Below are positions 1 through 12,595 of a stretch of DNA of 64,000 nucleotides, in pieces; within the stretch, counting starts at the first letter, position 1; every line of letters starts with the position of its first letter. Location: contig CM052823.1 in assembly GCA_028534125.1 (NCBI GenBank), forward strand, positions 620,001 through 684,000. Direction: 5' to 3'. Made by a program: the position numbers and the translations under genes. This stretch comes from Lama glama. Its lineage: Eukaryota. The notes below the pieces were generated by a model. The model made no database searches. It was not told the origin of the DNA and saw nothing but the letters and a program-made list of their open reading frames with translations.

Positions 1-820
1 GGATCGGGAGGAAGCCTCGCGGGGGTGATCTGTATTTAATGCCCTTTATTTCTGGATGAGTCTGGGCGGAACCATGCCGCTCCGGTTGCGTGCTGTGGGC
101 AGGGCTGCCTGCCTTGGGTGGCGTCCCCCTGGCCAGCCAGGGCCGGGGGAGAATGGTCCGCAGTTTTTCTTAATTTATTTCATCCGGTTCTCCAGACGTG
201 GCCTCGACCTTCAGAGAAATTAGATTCACGTGGGGAACTGTTGAGGACTTCTGCAGCCACGGGCAGTCGGGGTCAGGGTGGGCCCCCTGCCCACAGCCCC
301 TCCGTCCCTCTCGCCAGCTGTCCCCGGCTGCACCTGTCTGGGCCCGACCTGGGGGCCCCAGAAGCAACCTGGGCGTGCTGTGCTGGCCTGGCCCCTTCTC
401 CCTCAGGGTGGGCCGCGTGGCAGCCCCGGTGCTGAGCCTGGAGGAAGGCGGCCAAGACGGGGTCAGGCCGGGGCTTGTCCGTGAGAGAGGAACCAGGTGA
501 AATCTGTTGCTGTGTCTCATGCTGTTCACGTGCATATTGGGGGTTGTTAATCTTAGAAGAAAGCCCTCTGTCCACCCCGTCCTGTTGGGACCGCCCTCCC
601 CGATGGCTTCCCCGGTAGCACTTGTCCTGTAGAAGCTTCACTCTCCCGCTGTCACCCCAGCCCCGCCCCAGCGCCCTTTGGAGGGGCCATCGCTGCATCC
701 CCCGTGCCTCCCGGCCAGACGCTGCACTGCACCATGGCGTTTTTTTATATTCAACTTTAGTATTTTTACTATTATGAGCCTTCCCCCTAAATTCTTCAAT
801 AAAAAAATTGCTTTTCAACT
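1..820 (+). other. AKT1: AKT1 3' UTR (last exon, distal part); coding sequence lies upstream of the window
   Basis: Blocks TGATCTGTATTTAATG, TTAATTTATTTCATCC and TTCAACTTTAGTATTTTTACTATTAT...AATTCTTCAATAAAA match the human AKT1 3' UTR as I recall it; the position convergent with SIVA1 fits known synteny. Confidence 0.9.
798..803 (+). terminator. AKT1: AKT1 polyadenylation signal
   Basis: AATAAA followed by a GT/T-rich downstream stretch (tttgtggcttgatttg). Confidence 0.85.
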
Positions 821-1769
821 TTGTGGCTTGATTTGCTAGGTGAAGGGTGAAGGAGCGTGTGGCTGGCCTGCTCGTGGGGGAGCGCCCTGTCCTTCCTGCC
901 TGGCCTGTGCTGGGGTCGGCCCGCCCCGCGGCCTCAGGGATGGCCTTTGAGGGAAGATGTCCCGCGACCCAGCTCCGGCCAGGCTCGCTGGAGGGGAGAT
1001 ACCCTGGCCATCCCTGTCCCCACCTGGCTTCACCCCACCCTCATGCCCCTGAGGAGGCCACCCAGACTGCACGGCCATCTACCCACCAGCTCTGTCCACC
1101 CGGCAGACTCTGACCACAGGAAGGAGCGGGACCCTGCAGGACCCAGAGCTGGTCAAGGTGGAGACTCACCACAGCCAGGCCCTGGGCCCCAAGGAGGCCC
1201 CAAAGAGCCACCTGCTGGGGGTGGCACAGCAAGCCTGGGACAGTGACCACATGGACAGTGGGACCCGCCCTGAGCCCGAGCAGCCCAGCGGGACATGCGA
1301 CGGGCGCCACCTTGTGGGCGTGGAGAGGAGGCAGCTGCCCAACTCCAGCCCAGGTGCCCGCGGAGGGGTGGGCGGAGCCCCAGCTGCCGCATCTGTCCTG
1401 GGGAGCGGCCAAGGCTGCGACTACGACTACCGGACGTTCACAGGACCTGGCAGCCAGGCCTAGGGGAGGGGGCAGGAGCTGCCTGCCTCTCCAGGCTCCT
1501 GGACTGATGGCCCTGACAAAAAGGCACTCCTTGTGGTGGGTGGCCACCCCTCTTCTGCTGGAGGGGGTGCCGGCAAGGAGCATGGGGTGGTGGGGGTCAG
1601 TCCGGCTGGGGGCAGTGTCCAGAGCAGCCCAGTTCTCCTCTGGGCAGTCCTTTACGAAACTGGTGGTTTCACTCAGTACGCAGTTTTTTTGGAAACCACA
1701 AACACACCAAATGTTACCTATTACGTGATGCTTTGGATCCAGGTTTCAGATACATAAACATACACGTCA

Positions 1770-2390
1770 AGTTGGAGCCCTGGGCACTGCTGGAGGGAAT
1801 GGAGAACAGCAGGGAGGGTCCTTGAGAAACGAGTTTGCAGTGACCCCACAATTCCACTCTGGATACGCACCGTGAAGAGTCGCGAGCAGGCAGGTCTGGA
1901 GGAGGTAACCCTGCACCTCTAGCAGCACCCTTCACCGTAGCCTCAAAACGTGGATGCAGCCCACCTGCCCGTGGACCACGAAGGGGCTACCAAGACGTGG
2001 TCCAGCCACACACGACGCAATGTCATCCGGCCTTGGGGAAAGAAGAAAATTCCGACACCCGCCCAACACGGATGGATGGGCCCTGCGGACATCACGCTGA
2101 GTGAAGAGGAAGCCACAAAGGGGCAGAAACTGCGACTCCACCTGCTCGAAGTCCCAGAGCCGTCAGATTCTTAGACAGAAAGTAGGGTGGTGGGAGCCGG
2201 GGCTGGGGGAGGGGAGTGGTGTTTAGCAGGGACAGAGCTTCTGTCTGGGAAGATGAGAAAGTTCTGGAGACAGATGGTGGTGATGGATGCACAACCATGT
2301 GAATGCACTTAACGCTACAGAAATGTGCACTTGAAAACGGTTCAGGGGCTTTTATGTCATGTGTGTTTTAACACAGTAAAAAAAAAAGGT
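1770..2390 (+). mobile_element. Ancient LINE-1 (L1M-type) 3' fragment
   Basis: L1M 3' motifs gaccccacaattccactct and gaagatgagaaagttctggagacagatggtggtgatggatgcacaac...gtgaatgcacttaa, ending in an A tail near 2378-2388; boundaries approximate. Confidence 0.75.
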
Positions 2391-3520
2391 ATATTGTAGA
2401 AACCAGAAAACACAGCAGTGTATCTTCAAACTTGGAGCAAGTGGTACCCTGAAGTGGCAGGCGTGGTGTGGAAAACAGGGAGCTGAAGCTGGGGCGTCGG
2501 GGGGTTCAGCTGGCCAGGTGGGGGGCATGAGCTGCTCCTTCCCGTGGGACGCCTTAGCTGATGGGGGGATGACTGGGGTGTGGGAGTGACTGGGTGATGG
2601 CCTTAGGGACCGTTCCTGTGGCCCAGGACAGGCTTCAAGGTCATGACCTGGACACAAGCACAATCTTGTGTGTCCCAGCCAGGTGGGTGTGGCCACGAGG
2701 AAAAGAGGGAAGGGGGACTCCCTGAGAACACCCTGACCTTCCAGGCAGAACAGTGGGGGTGCAAGGAGACCGGCACCTGGGGGAGAAAAGACCAGAGCAG
2801 ACAGGGAGGGGCCTGGGCAGTGAGGACCAGCTGGGCTGCACGGAGGCTGTGGTGCCTTTCCGTGTCCCACCCTGCTCTTCTGGGCCCTGGGCCGGCCTCC
2901 AGAGGGACAGGAAGTCAGGAACAGAGGAGCCTTCAGCACATGGAGTGCCCGCATTTCGGCAGGTGTGCATAAATAAGGCGCTGAGCGCACCGCATGCTGC
3001 AGACGAGGCCCTGGGGCCTGTGGGCCGGTCAGCAGCTCTGGGTAAGGGGCCAGCAAGGTGGGGTGCGGCTGGGTGCTTTGTGCTGGGGTCAGGACGCCAC
3101 CACCCAGGGGCTGCCTACTCACAGGCGGGTTCATCTCTCGGTAGCTACGTAGTCCACCTTTCACTTCTGATGCATCTTTAGTCTGAAGGTGAACTCCTGC
3201 AGACAGCAGACACGGGGGCGTGCTCTGCGCTGCCGCCCAGGCTCTCCGACGGCCTCCGTCCCGGTGCCGCCAGTGGGGCAGCAGGTAGACGGGGCGGAGA
3301 TGCAACAGCCCCCTGCTGTTCTGCGTGTCCCGCCGGCTTTGTGCCTTCTTTCTTCTCTGTCAGCCTCATTTTGGACTGAATGAGTATTTTTTAACGTCCC
3401 ATTTTCTCCCTTTTATTGACTTAGTTCGGTTTCATCGGTTTTTCCACTGATGTTCCTTTTCTATTCCAGGATCCAATCCAGGGTTCCGTGTGGGATTTAT
3501 TTATTTAAAAATTCTAAGAA

Positions 3521-3621
3521 GTTTTTTGTTTTATTTATTTTCTTAAACTGACGTACCGGGGATTGAGCCCAGGACCTCATGCATGCTAAGCACGTGCCCT
3601 ACCAGGGAGCTGCACCCTGCC
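3521..3621 (-). mobile_element. tRNA-Ala-derived SINE (Vic-1-like), diverged copy
   Basis: Reverse complement reads gggtgcagctccctggtagggcacgtgcttagcatgcatgaggtcctgggctcaatccccggtac plus an A-rich tail; homologous to the copies at 12424 and 17389. Confidence 0.8.
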
Positions 3622-3884
3622 CTCCGTGCAGAACTTAGAATAAATCTCTGCTGAACGGATGACTGTGCTCTGGCCTGGCTGCTTTAGGGCTTCAGTGCCG
3701 GTCTTTTAGTCAGTCTACTGGCAGCTGAAACGACAGCGCTTCCCACATGAACCCCTAGGGCAGCGAGCGACACCTCCATCTCTGGTCTCAATGCCACTAT
3801 CGTAACTTTTGTTTCCACATGTTCAAAACTCTCAAAGAACATTATTATTTTTGCTTTGAACAGTCAACTGTCTTTTTAACATTT

Positions 3885-4640
3885 AAAATATTTTAACTGG
3901 CAAAATCTGTCAAACTTACCCCTTCAACCACTTTTAAGTGACCAGTTCAGTAGCACTAAGTACATTTGTGTGGTTGTGCCACCGTCACCACCATCGGTCC
4001 CCAGACCTTTGCATCTTCACAAAGTGGACCTATTCCCATTAAACACAAACTCCTCCTGCCTCCCCCAGACCTGGCACCCCCTCCCCGGCCTCTATGAAAG
4101 TGGCTGCTCCAGGGACCTCACATGAACGGGACGACACAGAACTTGTCCTCCTGCGACTGTCTTATCTCACTCAGCATGACGCACACAAGGCCCAGCCATG
4201 CTGGAGAAGGTGGCAGGATTTCCTTCCTTTTTTAAGGCCGGGTAATACTCCATTGTGTGGATGGACGACGTTTTGCTTATCCACCCATCCCTCGGTGGAC
4301 ACTTGGTCTGTTTGAGCATTTTTACTACTGTGAATAATATTGCTGCGAATACAGTGCACAGGTGTCTGAATCCCTGCTGGGTATTCTCCCAGGAGTGGGG
4401 CTGCTGGGTCACAGGGTAGCTCTGCTTACCTTTCTGAGGAACTGCCATGCCGTTTTCCACAGCGGCTGCACCATTTCCCGTCCCCACCAGCAGCGCACAC
4501 GGTTCCAGTGGCTCCACACCCTTGCCACCACTTGTTTTCTGTTGTTTTTAGCAAGTAGCCACCCCAATGGGTGTGAGGCGGCCCCTCCCTGTGACGCTGA
4601 CCTGCGTCCCCTGGTGACGCTGAGCATCGACCTTGTCACG
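3885..4640 (-). mobile_element. Ancient LINE-1 (L1M-type) 3' fragment
   Basis: Antisense L1 motifs accattttaagtg, gcactaagtacatt, cttatctcactcagcatga, gtgaataatattgctgcgaa, ttttccacagcggctgcacc; boundaries approximate. Confidence 0.8.
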
Positions 4641-5639
4641 CGCTTACTGGGGCTGCAGTCTGCAGGGAACACTGGAAGGAGGCCCAGGCCCCTGCGGGAA
4701 GCCAGGTGACAGGAGGAGACCCCACGATGAGGACAGCTAACGGAGCGCTGTTGCCCGTGCCCAGAGCACAGATGGCCCGACAGCCAGGCCCTCATGCCAG
4801 CTGGGCTGGGGTGGCCTCTGGAAGTTCTCAGTTCAGGAAGACCCCAGGTACTCCCTTGCAACCCTCCCAAGACCCAGCTCCCCTGTGGCCTCCTCAGCCC
4901 CGCCCCCGCCTCAGTGGCTTCACACTCAGCCCGCAGCAGCAAATCCCACCCCCGCCCGGCTCCACCCACCACCCAGCTTCCTCTAGGAACCCAGGTCACC
5001 CGCCCTCCCACACAGGCCAGCGACCCCACTGCCCCCGGGATGCCATGCTGGCCCCGCCTGCTCCCCGCCTGCTCCCCGCCCCAAAGAACCTCTCCACTCA
5101 TCCACGGTTCCTCAGGGAGGCTGGGGCCCTGCAGAGACCCTGGTGTGTGGGAACTGGGGCCCCAGCACCGGGTGAGGAGGCCTCGTGGCCTGCAACTCTG
5201 CCTTCACCCTCGGCTGTCCTCCAGGCCACCCCACCACCTCTCCCACCCACTCCCCTCCCTTCAGGCCACACAGACCGCCCCAAAGGGAGCCAGACCATCA
5301 CCCCAGCCGGCCAGCGTTCCTGGGGGCAGGTAACCCAGCACCTCAGCCACCCAGACAATGGTGTACGGTGGCATTTCAGGGACAGCCTGGGACGCGGCCC
5401 CACCCCAAGGTGCACTGGAGCCAGACGACCTGGGCCCGCACACGCTGCGCTTGTTTCCCCACCTGTGAACAGGGTGATGGGGCAGCTCCTTACCCAGAGC
5501 TCAGGGCGCTGCCTGAGCTGCCAGGTGACAGCGGGTGCGCAGGCCTGCCCCCTGCCACCTTGGGCTCCCTCCAGCGCCGGGCAGGCCACACGCCCTAGAG
5601 GCTGTTGACAAGTGAGTCCTCTCGTCCAAATATAAAGGG

Positions 5640-5645
5640 TTTATT
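5640..5645 (-). terminator. SIVA1: SIVA1 polyadenylation signal
   Basis: TTTATT on + (AATAAA on -), about 125 nt after the stop codon. Confidence 0.85.
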
Positions 5646-5768
5646 CACTTCTGTCATCAGGAGCACAAAATACAAAATACAAAATAGAACCTCCCCCCGC
5701 CCACCCCACAGTTCCTCGGCATGGACACCACCAGGTCGTCCGGGCAGGGCTGGCGTCCACTCCCGCCC

Positions 5769-5826
5769 TCAGGTCTCGAACATGGCACAGCTGGCACAGA
5801 GCACTTCCTCATGAACGTCACTGCTG
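5769..5826 (-). CDS. SIVA1: SIVA1 exon 4 coding part
   Basis: [18 protein letters not shown]; acceptor is a CAGCAGCAG tandem. Confidence 0.92.
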
Positions 5827-8800
5827 CTGCGACACGGCGGGGGCAGGGAGAGAGAGGAGCTGGCGTTAGGCAGGGTCGTGCTCCTAGAGCTACAGGGTGA
5901 GGTGCTGCCCCCAGGCCCTTGGCTGTATCAGGAGACAGGCCGTTCACTGCAGATGCAATCAGGATGAGGTCCCGGGCAGTGGGGATCCCAATCCCACATG
6001 GATGGTGTCCTTAGGTAAAGACACACACGTGGAGGGAAGGCAGCCCGAGGACCTCGGGAGAAGGCCAAGTGTGCTAGCGCCCTGGGCCCAGAGCACCGCC
6101 TCCTTCAGCCCCTGGGGGGTCAGCCCCGCTCCTCGACAGCCAGGCTCCGTGTGGAATGTGTGTCTGTATTCAGGCCGCCCCCGCCGATGGACACAGCAGA
6201 GGAGCCCACCTGTGGCTCAGCCCAGGTCTCAAGTAGGCCCGAAGCCCCCACAGAAACCTTCCAAGTGGTCGGTGAGGGTTTACTGGCCTCTGATGGTTCC
6301 CATGGGAAGCACATCAAACAGGGTGAGGACGAGGCAATTCAGCGAATCACGGGGAAACTGACTCACCAGGAGAGACCCTGAAGGGACAGGAAACTGGCAA
6401 CACGCTGCCTGTCTGACACACATCAGCAGCGGAGTTGGAGCCGCGTGCCCCCCGGTGTGTGGACCAGAAGCCCGGGCCGGCTCCCACCAGCACCGCCTGC
6501 CCGCGGCCATACTGAGAGCCAGAAGGATGACTGGGTGTGGGCTGAGGCGGCAGGGGGCGGGCAGGGGCTGTGGGTGCAGCAGGCCGAGGCCTGGCTTCCG
6601 GCGGGGGGGCTGCCACTGCAGCCTTGTGACCAAGGCAAGCCATCTGTTTATCAAAGGGGCAGAGCCCCTGCCCTGGCTGTGGCCCAGAGAAATGCGTGCG
6701 CGGTGAGAGCAGGCTGCCCAGGCACCTCCGCGTGAGCTCTGAGGGCATCTGGGGACGAGGACGTAGAAAGCAGAGGCGGGAGGAGACCAGCTAGGGACTC
6801 CCCGCGGACGGCAGTGGGTCGGGCTGAGGGATCTGGGCAGCTCCCCGCACCCCCAGGACCTGCCGGGCGCCCACCTCTCCCCACGGCCTGCCCTTCTGTG
6901 TGGTCAGTGGCCCTCCAGGGAAAAGGCACTGGCTGCTGGAAGGGCCCTGCGTTTTTCAGTTTACATATAAACAGGAGGAGAAGAAGAATTAAGTTGGCAA
7001 AGACAAAAGAAAGGATTCCACGTCCGTAAGTAGACCAAAAAGTAATCCCCAGACCAGAGTCCCACGCCCCCTGCTGCCAGCGCTGCCCGCCTCCCCGGCC
7101 AGGAGTGCCTCCTGGCAGATGTTAATTTTCCACAGCGGGTCTTAAGGACTGCTGGGACTAGGCCAGTTTGAGGTCTGCAGACCCTTTCCTACAGGGCACA
7201 GCCCAGTCCCACCGACAGCCAAGAGTGGTCCCTGGGACAGGCCAAGGGCTCCTGGGCAGGGACACGGGACCCCCCTGCCCGCGGCTGCACCCGCTCGAGT
7301 CTCCTGCCCTCCCCCGTCAGGTGTCCTCTGCTAAGGAGCACAGCACAGAGAAGCACCACATGAGACTCCCTGACCCGAGGGCTTAACGGACCAGAGCAGG
7401 AATCACCCAGGACAGACCACAGCCCGGTACAGAGCTGGCGATCTGCAAGGCCTGGGTTTCCTCCAGAAACAACCCGAGGACTTCAGAAGAAACTCAAGCA
7501 GGGCCAAGTATTTACTGCCATCACTGTGGCCACGGGCGACGCTGGACAGGCCTGCTCTCCCGCCCCCCTGTGGGGCCCACACTTACTCCACGAGGGCGCA
7601 CAGGGCGCAGGCCACGGCGCCACAGCCACAACAGGAGCGCACACAGCGCCCGCACAGGGCGCGCTCACACTGGCCGCAAGCCGCCCTCCCGTCTGCGACT
7701 CGCACACACGACGAGCAGGCTGCCCCGGCCAGGTCTGCGAGGAGGAAACACCTGTCAGCCCAAAGGGGACCTGAGTGCTGGGGGCCACTGCCTCCCCACA
7801 CCTCACTGGGTCCTCTGGACACTGGGTGAGTCACACAGCACCCAGGCCCGCTTCAGCAGGAGACCCCAGGTGGTTTCTGCAACTCCATGCTGACTGCTCC
7901 TCCCATTTCTCCCGCCACCTAGATGCCGGTCCTGGAAGGACCAGGCTCCCCTGACTGTCTGCACCAGAGCCCTCCAGGCCCTCGTCCCCTGTGCCTCACA
8001 TCTGCACCTCAAAGTCTGATCCCCGCACCCTGGGCCCCGCCCGGACCCGGAGTGGGAGAGCTTTTAACCAGGACATGGGCGACAGTTCGAGAAGCACGCC
8101 ACACTGCACAGGGACCCAAACAGGCACTCCCCACAGACAGGGCCCTTTTGAGGAGCTGCAGGGGGAAAGCCGGCAGGACACACAGGGGGTCACACTGAGG
8201 GGTCTGCTCTTTCTGACCCAACAGTCAGAAGCCGGTCACCAACCCCCGGCATGAGTGTCAGTAGGGGCAGAGCCTCCTAACGTCAGCTCTTCTGGCGTCT
8301 GCCTGGTTCGGCAGACTGGGCAGAGCTCCTGCCTGGTCAAGGAGGAAGAGATCCATAGAATAAAGGGAAGCCTGCGTGCCGCCCCCCTCCTCTGCACACA
8401 GCCGGGAAGGGTACGCTGTCGGCCTCACTCACCGGCTTCAGAGGCCGGGGCTCGGCTCCTGGTCAGCTGGCCGTCGGGTCCGATCAGCATCTGCCCACGT
8501 GCAGCGCGAGGGGCTTCCATGGGGCCAGGCTTTGGGGACTCCGGCGTGTCGACGATGGCACAGACCTCCTCCCATGTGTGGTCCATGTAGGTCTGGGCCC
8601 CGCGGAAGAGGAGCTGTGTGGTTTTCTCTGGGGAAGACAGATGGTTCCTCCGTTTACAGATCCGCCACGTGGAAGCTCCTGCACTTCATCCTGCCAGCTG
8701 TGCTCAGTCCCCTCTCAGCCGTCATCCCGTCACCCCAACTGGCTGCTCCCTAGCGAGCTGGGTCCCACTCCCTCTGCCCTCCTGCTCTTCCTTGCCGGGA

Positions 8801-10749
8801 CTCGGTGGCTACCCACTCCAGGAAGGTTCTGGACCCTGCAGCCCCACCTGAGCTCCCTCTCCTGTCACTCTGCTCATTTTCCATCTGTGTGGCCTCACCT
8901 CCTTGCTGCTGCTCTCCACCCCAGCACCCACAATCTGGCTTTGTTCAGCAGGCAAAGCCCCCGCGCTGTGGTGCACCAGTTCACAGCCAGAGACTCGGAG
9001 CTGAGCCTCACCCCTTCACCTACCGCAGAGCGGCCAGCAAAAGACATGGCAGCAACTGGCACCCGGCAAAGTACCCTATAACTTTCCAGACCTCTGTGGG
9101 CCCTGAACACCCCAACCCCAGAGCTGAGGTGGTTTCTCAGCACCCTGAATAGTGCCTTTCCATCAGGGCACTGGGGCTTCCACAAGGTCAATGCTGGGCG
9201 CCAGCCCCAGAAATTGTGGTTTTCTGCCTTGTCCCGACAGAACCAGGGTGGTGATGTTAGGAGCTGTTGGCGCTATGTGCAATTGACAGAAGCAACAGGT
9301 ACCAGGGAACTGATGACAGCCTCACCTCCCCCAGCCCCTCCCCCACCCCCACCCCCGTGGTAGGACAGGAATCGGGGGTCATGTGGTGAGGTTAACGCTT
9401 GTCTTTAAGGGCTTGCAGTTCTTTCAAGATAAAGAGGCCAGGGTTCTGGCTTAGAATTTGTTACAGGAGTTCACACTGGCCTCATTCCATCGGCCCTCCT
9501 TCCAGATGCCCAGCAGCCACCCCCTGAGGGGGTCCTGCAAGTGATAAGCCTTGGCAAGTGCTCTAGGACATCATGGTCAAGGAAGAAGGCCAAGGGCTGG
9601 ACTGACTCCATCTTCATTTGTTACTAATTCTTCTCTCTGTCTGCACAGTGTTTACATTTTTTGAATCTCCTGGTGGGGGAGAGCATGTGCACTTTTGCCA
9701 TAGTATCAATGAAATGTACCAACGAAGTGGCTTCACTCATTTTTATCACCTGCATGGTCTCGGAAAGCATCTGCATTTGCAACCGGAGTGTCCAAGAAAA
9801 GAAAGGGCTGAGCAGTGCTGATGGGGGCGGCTGGGGGCGGGGGGGGGGCGAGTGCAGGAACAGTAGGACGAAGAGAAGCAGGGTCTCCCCAGGCTGGGCT
9901 CTCCCCCAGGTCCCCAGTGCACGGCGGCACACTCCATTGCAAACACCCAGGTCACTGTCTAACCATTGCACGGGCACAAACCTTGTGCCCCAACCACTAG
10001 GTGAGATAAGCCCCACTCAGGGATATTAACCACCTCAAAATGACGACCTGTAATATCAGTGCACCTAGAATCTGCATGACAAAGCCAGATGAGAAGGCCC
10101 TGGCATCCAGCCACCCTGAGTCCTACTGCACTCTCCGGCTTTCTGGTTTTCACACAGGCTACTGCCTCCACCAGGAGTTCCCTTCCGCTCCCTCTCTGCC
10201 TGCCTAACGCTGTAGGATTCGGCTTAGACTGCTCCTCCCCGCGACCTGACACCGGCAAGTGGTCCTGCGGCGACCGGTGCCTGCTCTGCTGACCTCTGGA
10301 GACCCCTCCTCCTGCGAGTCCCCCACTGGACCGGAGGCAGGGTCTCCCGCGCAGCCGCAGGGCCGCGCAGGGAAGGCGCGCTCCACAAACGCCTCTCGGG
10401 TGACAACGGGCACTTCCGCGGCTTACTCCGCCCGGGACATCCCGCCCCCTGGCCTCTCGCTGGGCCCGGAGGCTCTTAGCGCTCGTCAAACATCCCCGCA
10501 GGGGAGGTGGGGGCACTCCCGACGCCCTACTCACCGCTCCCAAACCGGCCGGACGGCGCCGGGGGCGCGGCTTGCGGAGACCGCCCGCCCAGGCCCCGCT
10601 TCGCAGCGAGGAAGTCCAACCTCGCACTCACCGAAGATCTCCCGCGAGAGGCGCTCGGCGCACACGCCGCGACTCAGCTCCCGCGGACCCACACGCACCT
10701 TGAGCTGCAGCGGGGCCGCGTCCGCGAACGGGCAGCCCCGCTTGGGCAT
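5769..10749 (-). CDS. SIVA1: SIVA1 apoptosis-inducing factor, spliced CDS, 172 aa
   Basis: join(10632..10749, 8433..8627, 7587..7734, 5769..5826) = 519 nt with GT-AG introns; [21 protein letters not shown]...QMLIGPDG...CSSC..CGQC..CGRC..CCGC..CALC...[10 protein letters not shown] with Cys-rich zinc-binding C-terminus. Confidence 0.96.
5930..6180 (+). mobile_element. Degenerate MaLR (MLT1-type) LTR fragment in SIVA1 intron 3
   Basis: Motifs aggatgaggtc, cccaatcc..atggatggtgtcctta, gacacacacgtggagggaaggc; boundaries approximate. Confidence 0.5.
7587..7734 (-). CDS. SIVA1: SIVA1 exon 3 (Cys-rich)
   Basis: [31 protein letters not shown]...CALCALV; donor GTAAGT. Confidence 0.95.
8433..8627 (-). 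CDS. SIVA1: SIVA1 exon 2
   Basis: cag|AGAAAACC ... GCCG|gtgagt, 195 nt, [16 protein letters not shown]...QMLIGPDG. Confidence 0.95.
10632..10749 (-). CDS. SIVA1: SIVA1 coding exon 1
   Basis: ATG in GCCATG context; MPKRGCPF...SREIF; donor GTGAGT. Confidence 0.96.
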
Positions 10750-11013
10750 GGCCGCGGGCCCAGAGCGGCGCAGCTCCCCCGCCGCGCCTCGGTCGTGCGT
10801 GACGTCAGGGCCGCGCGTCTAGCCCCGCGCGGGGCGGAGGCGGGGCTCGTGCGCGTCGCGTCGCGGGATAGGCCGAGGGCGAGGGAAGGGCGGGGCTCGT
10901 GCCCGGGGAGACGCGGGATAGGCCGAGGGCGAGGCGGGGCTCGCGAGCCGGGAGGCGGGACTCGGCGGCGCGGGAAAGTCCAGGAGAGGTCAAGGGTCGG
11001 AGCGGGCGCGCCG

Positions 11014-11067
11014 GGGGCGGAGGAAGAGGGCGGGGCGGAGGAAGAGGGCGGGGCGGAGGAAGAGGGC
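11014..11067 (+). repeat. Perfect 18-bp tandem repeat x3 (GGGGCGGAGGAAGAGGGC)
   Basis: Units at 11014, 11032 and 11050, read directly. Confidence 0.95.
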
Positions 11068-12423
11068 GGGCGGGGCGGGGCGCAGGCGCCGCGGGATAGG
11101 CCGGGGGCGACGTCGGGGGCGGGACTCGGCGTGGCGGCAAGGAAGGGGCCGGCGACTCAGCGCCCCAAACGGCTCCTGAGGGTGGTTACGTTCCCGGTTG
11201 GAGGATGGCTCGCTCTTGTGTGGTTCTTAACTTGGAGGAGTTGCCCGCCCGCAGGAAGCGGGGAGTGACGTGTGAGCGTGGGCACACGTCCCGGGCCCCG
11301 TGCGTCATCGGGGCGGGCCTGACCCAAGGCCGGGCCCGGGCGCCGCGGCGCGCCGGCACCTCCTTGGCCGCTCCTCGGCCCCTGCCCGCCGCCGCTGCCG
11401 CCTGCGTGGGGTCTGGGCCCGGAGGCCAGGCCCGCGCGGTCCAGCACGAGGCCTTCTGTTAGGGCTCTGCGGCCACTTGTGCTCATCCTGAGAACAGATC
11501 TGAAGCTCTCGGGGCTGCTGGTTTTCGTCTTACAGGTCTTGGTTGGAGGTTTTAAAAGATTTCTTTGCGTTCAGATTTGAAACTGCCATGGGCTTTTTAA
11601 GACACAGTAAATAGTGAATTAAACATCATGATTAAAAGAGACCTTTGTCCGCTCTTCTGTTTCAATCTAACTTTAAGAAATGTCTGTTGAGGGCCCATTA
11701 AGCGTTGGTTAGTTTTGTAGAGTTGCCATAACTGCGCTTAGGCTGGGGGCCCAGACACCAGACACTTAACTCTGCTGCAGCTCTGGAGGCCGGGAGTCCA
11801 AGATCGAGGCGTGCGCAGGGCTGGTTTCTCCAGAGGACCCCTCTAGGCTTGCAGACACCCTCCTCCCCAGGTCCTCCCGTGGTCGTCCCTCTGCGAGTCT
11901 GTCCTCACATCCTCCTCTGGTAAGGACACCAGTCAGACTGGATTAAGGCAAACCCATTTGACCTCTTTAAAACTTAACTACCTCCCTGTTCATCAAACAG
12001 TTGAAAATGAACCTACCATCTGATCTAGCAATCCCGCTTCTGGGTGTGCAGAAGAAATCATTGTCTTGGAGAGCTATCTGCACCACCATGTTCACTGCAG
12101 CGTCGTTTACAATAACCTAAGTGTTCATCTCTGGATGAGTGGGTAAAGAAAATGTATTTGGAATACATATATCATGGAATATATAATAGGATATCAATCA
12201 GCCCTAAAAAAGGCCATCTCGCCAATTGCAGTGACACCCTGGAAGACATGCTAAGTGAAATAAGTCAAAGAAAGACAAATACAGTACTGTATGATCTCAC
12301 TTACATGTGCAGTCTAAAATCATCAAACTCATGTATACATCTGTCAAAATTCATCAAATTGCACGTCTGAAATACGTGGTTTACTGTACAGGAATCATAC
12401 CACAATAAAGGTGTTTAAAAATA

Positions 12424-12595
12424 GGGGGGGAGGGTAGTATAGCCCAGTGGTAGAGTGCATGCCTAGCATGTCCAGGGTCCTGGGTTAAATCCCCAGTGCC
12501 TATATTTAAATAAATAAATAAATAAATAAACCTAATTATCACCCCCCAAAGAAGTCAAACAAACGAAAAAACTAATAAAAAATAAACATAAAAAT
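12424..12595 (+). mobile_element. tRNA-Ala-derived SINE (Vic-1-like)
   Basis: tatagcccagtggtagagtgcatgcctagcatg...gtcctgggttaaatcccc (A and B boxes), then (AAAT)n-cctaatta-C-run tail. Confidence 0.85.

Larger units (their letters stand above)
10250..11480. promoter_or_regulatory. SIVA1: SIVA1 CpG island / promoter
   Basis: Very high CpG density around exon 1; palindromic CRE TGACGTCA at 10800-10807, E2F consensus TTTCCCGCG (minus) at 10969-10977, many GC boxes. Confidence 0.9.

Noticed and set aside
8628-10631. p53 response element in SIVA1 intron 1
   Set aside because: Only imperfect half-sites by eye (for example GAGCATGTGC at 9681); a PWM scan is needed.
11014-11067. CRISPR-like array or other prokaryotic system
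   Set aside because: Head-to-tail repeat without spacers in clearly mammalian DNA; no cas or other prokaryotic genes.
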